Source of the DNA: Candidatus Caldarchaeum sp.
GTDB taxonomy: Archaea > Thermoproteota > Nitrososphaeria_A > Caldarchaeales > Caldarchaeaceae
Length of the DNA stretch: 64,000 bases
Direction: 5' to 3'
Assembly (NCBI GenBank): GCA_038831915.1
Contig: JAWBKB010000002.1
Span: 64,001-128,000 of the forward strand
Positions 57,173 to 64,000 of the stretch are shown piece after piece. The notes below the pieces were generated by a model. That model ran no database searches. It was not told the origin of the DNA and worked only from the letters and a program-made list of their open reading frames with translations. The position numbers and the translations under genes are program-made. Every line of letters starts with the position of its first letter. The first letter of the stretch is position 1.

Positions 57173-58801
57173 TTGACTGAAGCTGGGCGGCGTCAAATCG
57201 GGTTGGGCACTTGGATTGACAAGCTGGCGTTCGAAATAGTTGAAAGGGAGCAGCGGCTCGGTCGTAGTTTGGATAAAATCATAACGGAAGCTGGAATCGC
57301 TGCCTCGGGGTTTGTTCACATCGGCAGCTTATCCGACTCCATTCGTGCTTACGCCGTTTCACTTGCTTTGAGGAACCTCGGCTACAACTCGGAGATGATT
57401 CAATTCGCGGACGACATGGACGGGCTTCGAAGCGTTCCCGCAGAAATCCCAGCAGAATTTGAAAAACATCTCCTCAAGCCAGTTTCTTTGATACCCGACC
57501 CTTTCAAATGCCATGACTCATACGCTGAACACATGGAAAATCAACTGCTCGACGCTCTCGCCCAAACCGGTGTCGATGCAAAACTTTACCGTGGATATAT
57601 CATTTACAAAGAGGGGAGGCTCGCGAACGAAATTGCGAAAATCCTCACCCATGCGAAAACTATCGGAGAAAAGATTGCCGAACTAACCAGTCAGAAAAAA
57701 TTCCTCGAATCACTTCCATACTTCCCCCTGTGTGCATCATGCGGTCGTATCTACACAACCTACGCACAATCCTTCAACCCTCAAACAAATAAGGTGTATT
57801 ATGTTTGCAAAGGTGTTTCGATTAAGAAGCGTTGGTTTGAAGGATGTGGATACGAGGGAGAAGCTGATATCAGAAAAGCTGACGGCAAGCTTTCTTGGAA
57901 GGTTGAATGGGCGGCGCGGTGGGCTGGGTTGGATGTTAGGTTCGAAGCCTATGGTAAAGATTTAGCTGCCTCGGTGATGGTCAACGACTGGGTTTGTGAA
58001 AACATTCTTGGATTTCCACCACCGATGCACGTCCAGTACGAGCTATTTCTTGACGCGTCCAAGAGAAAGATTTCCAAATCACGCGGCGTATCGGTTTTCA
58101 CACCTAGTGAATGGCTCAAATATGGAACCCCTCAAAGCCTCGTGCTTCTCTTTCTCAAAAGAATCAAAGGAACACGCGTCATATCACCGTCACTCATCCC
58201 CGCCTTGATGAACGAATTAGACAGGTTGGCTGAACAACATTACAGAGGCGAAGGAGACCCTAGAAAGACCAACCTGTATCTATACGCTTACCTCCTCAAC
58301 CCGCCTCCGAAAAAACCCGCAACCGCGCCCTACGAGCTTCTACTATTTCTAGCGTCCATCGCACCCGCGGGGAAGGAGTATGAGTTCGTCACATCGCGGC
58401 TCAGGAAGTACGGATATCAGGTCGACGAAGAACTTTCGAAACGTGTTCAGTTGGCGATAAACTATTACAAAGCTTTTGGAAGGCCTCCGGCCGCGGCTCT
58501 TACGTTGGAGGAGCCTTTACGAACCGCGGTTGAAGAAGTTGCTGAAGCAGTAATTCATTCGGAAACACCGGAAATGCTTCAATTAAAAGTGTTCGAAACG
58601 GCGCGTCGTCACCAAATCAAGCCCGCGACTCTTTTCCAAAATCTATACAAAGTTCTCATTGGGCATGAAAGCGGGCCGAAATTCGCTCCCTTTGTTTTCG
58701 AAGACATCGGTGTGCAGAAGGCTTACGAAATTTTGAAAACCGCGGCCTCACAAGGCTTAAATACGTCTACATCCAATAAAAGACACCCAAAACAAGAGTG
58801 A
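57173..58801 (+). CDS. lysS: lysine--tRNA ligase, class I
   Basis: SGFVHIG, DDMDGLR, GKLSWKVEW, KISKSRG. Confidence 0.96.
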   Translation: MTEAGRRQIGLGTWIDKLAFEIVEREQRLGRSLDKIITEAGIAASGFVHIGSLSDSIRAYAVSLALRNLGYNSEMIQFADDMDGLRSVPAEIPAEFEKHLLKPVSLIPDPFKCHDSYAEHMENQLLDALAQTGVDAKLYRGYIIYKEGRLANEIAKILTHAKTIGEKIAELTSQKKFLESLPYFPLCASCGRIYTTYAQSFNPQTNKVYYVCKGVSIKKRWFEGCGYEGEADIRKADGKLSWKVEWAARWAGLDVRFEAYGKDLAASVMVNDWVCENILGFPPPMHVQYELFLDASKRKISKSRGVSVFTPSEWLKYGTPQSLVLLFLKRIKGTRVISPSLIPALMNELDRLAEQHYRGEGDPRKTNLYLYAYLLNPPPKKPATAPYELLLFLASIAPAGKEYEFVTSRLRKYGYQVDEELSKRVQLAINYYKAFGRPPAAALTLEEPLRTAVEEVAEAVIHSETPEMLQLKVFETARRHQIKPATLFQNLYKVLIGHESGPKFAPFVFEDIGVQKAYEILKTAASQGLNTSTSNKRHPKQE

Positions 58802-58810
58802 ACACGAAAG

Positions 58811-59239
58811 TTGAGTGAATTGGTAAAGATAGGAAGTCTGACCCCGCGTTCGCGGGGCGTGAACCTCGTGGCAAAAGTCGTCGAAAAACCAGAGCCTCGC
58901 GTTGTTTCATCGCAGTACGACCAAGCCGAACACCGCTTGACAGAGGCTTTGATAGCTGACGAAACCGGAGCCATAACACTGGTTCTTTGGGATGACAACA
59001 TCGACCTTGTAAACGAAGGCGACTCTGTTAAAGTGACGAACGGCTTCATCAAATTGTTCCGCGGAAAAATGCAGCTTAACCTCGGAAGGTTCGGCAGAAT
59101 CGAGCAAAGCGATGTGCTGATATCAGAGGTTAATACCGAGAACAACCTTTCGCAGAAAGAAAGCTATTCATCCGAGGAGAGGCCTCGGAGGAGTAGTTTT
59201 AGGTCGAGAGGCTTCCAAAGAGGCAGACGGTTTACGTAG
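58811..59239 (+). CDS. ssb: single-OB-fold ssDNA-binding protein (crenarchaeal SSB type)
   Basis: IADETG..LVLW, NGFIKLFRG, flexible Arg/Gly-rich tail. Confidence 0.92.
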   Translation: MSELVKIGSLTPRSRGVNLVAKVVEKPEPRVVSSQYDQAEHRLTEALIADETGAITLVLWDDNIDLVNEGDSVKVTNGFIKLFRGKMQLNLGRFGRIEQSDVLISEVNTENNLSQKESYSSEERPRRSSFRSRGFQRGRRFT

Positions 59240-60503
59240 ACTGTTCAGGCTCCACCAATAACAAACCATCTTCTTTTCCCACAACCTTTATTCTCTGATT
59301 TTCAGAGACAGATTTAACAGCTTTCGCCCTCCAATATTCCCCATCTACGAACACGTACCCTTCCTTGCCAGCTTCGATGGGCTCAGCCGCTCTCCCGAAT
59401 TTCAACTCAGGTTGTATCGGTTTTTTCCGCTGAACTTTGAAGGATTTGTACATTAAGAAGCTGAAGAAACCTGCGAGAAACAAAGCTATCAGAACGACGC
59501 TTGTCTGGAAAGAAGTAAACCATTCCTGTGCGACGAAAGCTGGAGCCGGTGAATATCCCCCGAGAAGTATGATGCCGACCGTCAGCGAAACGAGGCCGCT
59601 GACACCGATCACGCCGAATCCCGGAGACAGAATTTCGTAGAGCAGTAGAACAGCCCCTAGAAAGGCGAGAAAAGCCCCCGCTATGTTTATGTTCAGGCCT
59701 TGGCCGATTAGGCCGAGAACGATCATCAATCCGCCTACAATTTCTCCGCCCCATCCTGGCGAAGATAAGCCAACCAAAAGCATCAAAATTCCAATTGATA
59801 TTAACAGGCTGGACACAAGAGGGTCTGAAATAGCCGAAACGACCGCAGCAGTCAGGCCGACCTCTTTCCTTTCCACCCGCGCATTGCTCAGTCTAAGAAT
59901 TTTCTCACCTTCGAGCCTTTTCACAACCTTTCCATCGGCCAGCTTCAACAATTCATCGATATCCACCGCAACGGCCTCAATCAACCCTGATTCGTATGCT
60001 GATAAAGGATTGAAGTTTTTGTTCTCTGTGACGATTTTAATCGCTTCTTCACGATTTCTGCCATGCGTTTCCGCCAAAGTCCCCATTTTCTCCGCGAAGA
60101 AATTCAAAACCTTGCTGTCGGTAACCGGCTCACCGCCTGCAATAGGCTGCGCTGAACCAATTACCGTGCCCGGAGCCATGGCTGCGAAATCAGTTGCTAA
60201 CAGGATATATGTTCCAGCGGAAAGCGCCTTGCCCCCTGGGGGATAAACGAAGCCGATGGTTGCAACTGGCGCCCTTTGAAGCGCCTCAACTATTCGTAAC
60301 ATCGCGTCCGCGCTTCCGCCAAGGGTATTCAAAGTAATCAACAGCGCCGAATATTTTGCTGAAGAGGAGACGGCTTCCTCAACATACAAAACGGTGCCAG
60401 AAGATATGTATCCGTCTATACTAATCCACAGAACCGACGGCTGTTCAGCGTTAATCACAAGGAGAAAAAATCCGAGGAAAATCAGTAGCGCGCCTATCTT
60501 CAT
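59232..60503 (-). CDS. nfeD: NfeD long-form membrane-bound serine protease (ClpP class)
   Basis: NTLGG, SAGTYI, AMAPGTVIGSAQP, C-terminal OB domain GEYW. Confidence 0.93.
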   Translation of the reverse strand: MKIGALLIFLGFFLLVINAEQPSVLWISIDGYISSGTVLYVEEAVSSSAKYSALLITLNTLGGSADAMLRIVEALQRAPVATIGFVYPPGGKALSAGTYILLATDFAAMAPGTVIGSAQPIAGGEPVTDSKVLNFFAEKMGTLAETHGRNREEAIKIVTENKNFNPLSAYESGLIEAVAVDIDELLKLADGKVVKRLEGEKILRLSNARVERKEVGLTAAVVSAISDPLVSSLLISIGILMLLVGLSSPGWGGEIVGGLMIVLGLIGQGLNINIAGAFLAFLGAVLLLYEILSPGFGVIGVSGLVSLTVGIILLGGYSPAPAFVAQEWFTSFQTSVVLIALFLAGFFSFLMYKSFKVQRKKPIQPELKFGRAAEPIEAGKEGYVFVDGEYWRAKAVKSVSENQRIKVVGKEDGLLLVEPEQST

Positions 60504-61315
60504 GTTTTTTTCTGTGCCACAAGCCCAAGTAATGTTGCGAGGTCTTTGGTTGCCGATTCTGTGACTACTATCATGTTCTTCTCTCTCGCGATTTCACCCC
60601 AGGTCTGAAGTTCTCGGAGACGTAGCGCTATCGGGTGTGCGGCATAATAATCTGCGGCTTGAGCCATTTTTTCAGCGGCCATCAACTCACCCTCAGCAGC
60701 GATGATTCTGCTTCTTCTTTCTCTTTCTGCTTCCGCCTGCTTCGCGATGGCCCGCTGCATCATTTCCGGAATAACGACGTCCCGTAACGCAACCGTTGTC
60801 ACTTTAATTCCCCACGGAGCTGTTGCTTCATCAAGTATTTGCTGAATTCGTTTGTTTAATTCTTCGCGTCGGGTGAGCAGGTCATCCAATTCAACCTGCC
60901 CAATAACGTCTCTTAGAGTTGTTTGAGCAAGAAGAGTCGAAGCCATAAAGTAATCCTTAACCTTAACTACGGCCATTTCAGGGTCTGTGACGCGGAAATA
61001 AACGATGGCGTCCACATCAACGGTTACGTTGTCCTTGGTGATGATACGTTGTTTTGGAACGTCGAAAGTAACCAGCCTCAAGTCGATGATTCTTTTCCGG
61101 TCGATTACTGGAAGTATTATAACTAACCCCGGGCCTTTGACTCCTAGAAGTCTGCCCAGCCGGAAGATTACAGCTCTTTCATATTCTGTCACAATCTTGA
61201 TGGATGATGACAATATAATTAGCAAAAGCAATATTAGGAAAAACAGTGGAATCGCTACATCGGGCGCAAAAAGCAACGAAATTGGGATTTGATAAAAACT
61301 CAGAGGGAACGACAT
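60500..61315 (-). CDS. stomatin/slipin (SPFH) family protein
   Basis: EYERAVIFRLGR, TKDNV, QAEAERERR; paired with nfeD. Confidence 0.96.
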   Translation of the reverse strand: MSFPLSFYQIPISLLFAPDVAIPLFFLILLLLIILSSSIKIVTEYERAVIFRLGRLLGVKGPGLVIILPVIDRKRIIDLRLVTFDVPKQRIITKDNVTVDVDAIVYFRVTDPEMAVVKVKDYFMASTLLAQTTLRDVIGQVELDDLLTRREELNKRIQQILDEATAPWGIKVTTVALRDVVIPEMMQRAIAKQAEAERERRSRIIAAEGELMAAEKMAQAADYYAAHPIALRLRELQTWGEIAREKNMIVVTESATKDLATLLGLVAQKKT

Positions 61316-61463
61316 CTCAGCAGTTTTAGTATTGTCCGCTTTTTATTTAAGCATATATTACCTAAACCTTACCGTGATACTGTCGCTGTCTATGTTCGAA
61401 CATTTTCTAAACCAGCTCGCGCGTTATAGCTTATATCACTGCTCGTTGATTTAACGAGAAGAC

Positions 61464-62894
61464 ATGGAAGGCGCCAAGAACAGCGCTGAAAACATCGAGT
61501 CACTTGAACAACAATACGATGTCCAAGGGCTCTCGGAAGCTTTGAAAAAAGCTGGAATCGAGATTTCACAGCTGAAAAAGTATCTGAAAGCGGCCGCCAG
61601 GCTTCGCGAACTCGAAAAACAATACGGCAAATCCTATCAGGTTCTTCTTCGAGAATACGAGAAGAAGTTCCGTGAAAGCGTTAAGCTTGAATACAATATC
61701 AGTGAACTGCTGGAGAAAAGGAAACGCATCGAAGAAGATTTGAAAGTTTACATGGAGCAGCAGAAGCTCACTCTGGAAACCATTAACAAAGTTGCTTCGG
61801 TTCTTCAGACGCTCCAAAAATATTCGATAGACGTCGGTGATATTGAGAAGTTAGCGAAAGTCGCGGAGAAAATAGCTGCTACAGGAATGGACTTTAAGCA
61901 ATTGTTTGAAACTTTTTCAAAGCTTGAGGATGCCGAGTCTAGGCTCGCCGAGGCTGACAAGAGGCTCGCAGAAACTGTTGAGAAACTTCGAAAAGCCGAA
62001 GAAGAGCTGCAGTCTCGCGTTCGGTTGATTCAAGAAGTGGCACAATGGTGGCCTGAAATCGAGAGCATCGCCGAAGTCAGAACCAAGCTTGCGAGAGAGA
62101 AAGCCGAGCTCGAATTAAAGCTTGAAGAGACCAAACAGAAACTCGAATCGCTCACATCGCAGTACGAGGCGATTTTAGGGTTCAAGGTAAACTCGGAACA
62201 GATTGTAAGAATGATCGAGGAGAAAAAGAACGAGTTGAACAGGCTTGAGGAAGAGGTGGTGCGTAAGAAAGAGACGCTTCAAATTCTAGACGAAGAGCTT
62301 GCATCGGCGAGGTCTCTTCTGGTTCTCTTGCAGAACCCTGAACTTGTTAAAAAAGATGATTTGGAAGCATTGTCGCGGCAATTCGCCAACCTTGCTAACA
62401 TCAAATCAGGAGTTATGCCGTCCTTGAAAGCTTTGGAACCCTCTCTCATGGAGAATGTGCGGAAGCGTGTGGTCGAGCTCGTGATGCCTGTCATCAGAAT
62501 GGAGCTTGTCCCTCGATGGGTTTTTGAAAAGCTGGAAAAAGAGTTCAAAGATATTGTGGCTAAGAAGGTGCAGCTAGAAGAGGAGCTGGAAAAAATCAGG
62601 AACGAGCTAGGTCAGAACAAGTCGTCGAAGACTTCCGTCTTCGAACAGCCGCCTGTTCAGCAGCCGAAACAGTTTCGGCTTTTGAAGAAAGGCGTCATGT
62701 TAACATCTGACAGCGGGGTAAGAATTAGGCTTAAGTGCATTTACTGTCAAAATTCGACTCTTATGATGTTACCGGTAAAAGAGGATTTGGCAGCAGCCGC
62801 TTCAAAGGATTTGCTTGTTACTTCATGCAGCTACTGCGGTAAAGAAATATCGGTTGACCCTACGACTTTGATTGACAGATTCTTCAAGGGGTGA
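61464..62894 (+). CDS. long coiled-coil protein with C-terminal zinc ribbon
   Basis: About 370 aa of heptads; CIYC...CSYC; no Walker A motif. Confidence 0.85.
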   Translation: MEGAKNSAENIESLEQQYDVQGLSEALKKAGIEISQLKKYLKAAARLRELEKQYGKSYQVLLREYEKKFRESVKLEYNISELLEKRKRIEEDLKVYMEQQKLTLETINKVASVLQTLQKYSIDVGDIEKLAKVAEKIAATGMDFKQLFETFSKLEDAESRLAEADKRLAETVEKLRKAEEELQSRVRLIQEVAQWWPEIESIAEVRTKLAREKAELELKLEETKQKLESLTSQYEAILGFKVNSEQIVRMIEEKKNELNRLEEEVVRKKETLQILDEELASARSLLVLLQNPELVKKDDLEALSRQFANLANIKSGVMPSLKALEPSLMENVRKRVVELVMPVIRMELVPRWVFEKLEKEFKDIVAKKVQLEEELEKIRNELGQNKSSKTSVFEQPPVQQPKQFRLLKKGVMLTSDSGVRIRLKCIYCQNSTLMMLPVKEDLAAAASKDLLVTSCSYCGKEISVDPTTLIDRFFKG

Positions 62895-62900
62895 ATTTCC

Positions 62901-63275
62901 ATGAAGAAACTTAACCCTATCGTTCAGATGCTTAAATGGAAAACCAGACTTTTGTCCCACGACGAAATCATACAGATACTTTCAGCTATCGGAACGATTG
63001 AGCACAACCCGTTCACGTTAACTGAACTTACTGAGAAGCTTCCGGAGTCGATTTCGCGAAACGAAAGCAAACGACGCAGTGTTTCGACTTTTCTGTCGAA
63101 CTTGGTTGAGCTCGGCTACCTTATAAAACCGTCTGAGAGAAAGTGGCTGAAAACCGCCGCGACTCTCAGCGTATACCTAAGCCCTTTGCTGATAGAGTTG
63201 AACGACTTGGAAAAACATTCGGTTCAATCCGAGAAGAAAGAGAAGAAGGTTATCCAGCTCGAGGATAGAAGATAG
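62901..63275 (+). CDS. winged-helix domain protein
   Basis: FTLTELTEKL...VSTFLSNLVELGYL...W pattern. Confidence 0.75.
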   Translation: MKKLNPIVQMLKWKTRLLSHDEIIQILSAIGTIEHNPFTLTELTEKLPESISRNESKRRSVSTFLSNLVELGYLIKPSERKWLKTAATLSVYLSPLLIELNDLEKHSVQSEKKEKKVIQLEDRR

Positions 63276-63701
63276 ATGCCGCGAAAGCCTTCGAACCCGA
63301 GCTCTCCAAAATACAAGGCGAGGCTGGGCTACGAAGGAGAATATGGTTTGTTGAAGCGTTTTATCGAAGTTGGTGAGAAAGGGTTTTACGCGGTTAGAAC
63401 TCCAGGAAGCGGGACCGGCAAGCTGCCAAAGCCTGACGTTATAGCGGTTGACCAAGGAGAGTTGCTCGCCATCGAGGTGAAGAGCAGCAGCAAGAACTAC
63501 GCGTCGCTGTCGGCTGAACAGGTAAGACGTTTGAGGGAATTTGGTGAAAGGTTTGAGGTGAAATGTCCCCACTGTGGCGGAACATTCAAACCGAGGCAGG
63601 TTGTTGCAGTGAGATTCGTCGGCCGGGGTTGGAAATTCTACGATTTAACCGATTATCCATCAGGGCAGGGGTTTACGGTGAAATGGGAGAATGATGGTTG
63701 A
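63276..63701 (+). CDS. hjc: Holliday junction resolvase Hjc/Hje family
   Basis: GxxxE, R.PGSG, PDVIA, IEVKS; CPHC insert. Confidence 0.9.
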   Translation: MPRKPSNPSSPKYKARLGYEGEYGLLKRFIEVGEKGFYAVRTPGSGTGKLPKPDVIAVDQGELLAIEVKSSSKNYASLSAEQVRRLREFGERFEVKCPHCGGTFKPRQVVAVRFVGRGWKFYDLTDYPSGQGFTVKWENDG

Positions 63702-64000
63702 CGAGCTTGACCTCAAAATTTTACACGAGCTTTACAGGGATGGCCGCGCGGCTTTCGCCGACATAGCACGAAAACTAGGCGTGAGCGAGAACACCGTCCG
63801 CTTTAGGTATAAGAGAATGCTGGAAGAGGGTGTGATCCGACGCATCACTGTTCTGGTTGACCATACTAAGCTCGGCCTCAACAATTCCGCAGCCTTGATG
63901 CTAAAAATCGAGCCAACAGAGATACAGCACGTTCTCGAAGAGCTGAAAGCGATGCGCGAAGTTTACAACATTTACCAACTTTCGGGAGACTATGACGCTA
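63694..64000 (+). CDS. Lrp/AsnC family regulator (runs off the window end)
   Basis: MVDELDLKILHELYRDGR...IARKLGVSENTVRFR...GDYD. Confidence 0.92.
   Translation, partial: MVDELDLKILHELYRDGRAAFADIARKLGVSENTVRFRYKRMLEEGVIRRITVLVDHTKLGLNNSAALMLKIEPTEIQHVLEELKAMREVYNIYQLSGDYDA

Noticed and set aside
61464-62894. Calling the coiled-coil protein SMC/Rad50/ClsN
   Set aside because: No Walker A/B or ABC signature at either end
1-64000. CRISPR arrays, tRNA/rRNA genes, IS elements, integrases
   Set aside because: None seen by eye; intergenic gaps are short and lack the signatures

Overview
A compact, housekeeping-rich stretch of an archaeal chromosome of TACK type. Gene content (crenarchaeal-type SSB and arginine decarboxylase, class I LysRS, AsnRS, aerobic cox/xdh genes, E1/E3/lipoate genes) suggests Caldarchaeales ('Aigarchaeota'); this is inference only. 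It carries translation genes (rpl44e-rps27e-aIF2alpha, EF-2, rps4-rps11, AsnRS, LysRS), the proteasome-alpha/exosome/prefoldin superoperon, TBP, a Mo-hydroxylase (cox) cluster lacking its large subunit, Moco genes, NAD salvage and lipid genes. I saw no tRNA, rRNA, CRISPR array or transposase. Signals the ORF track misses or leaves unexplained: (1) a stand-alone SegB-like ribbon-helix-helix gene whose promoter and 410-bp upstream spacer are bracketed by phased TTTACCT heptad arrays, a candidate centromere/operator system with no adjacent SegA; (2) a box C/D sRNA whose D' guide predicts the 23S P-loop Gm2251 methylation; (3) three unlisted microproteins (histone-H1-like Lys/Ala-rich, poly-Glu/aromatic, and a GatC/AtzG-like amidase partner); (4) moaB apparently starting at ACG; (5) a MoaD/SAMP with a propeptide after its Gly-Gly; (6) an uncharacterised coiled-coil/Zn-ribbon + wHTH + Hjc operon. 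All family calls come from motif recognition by eye, not from database searches.
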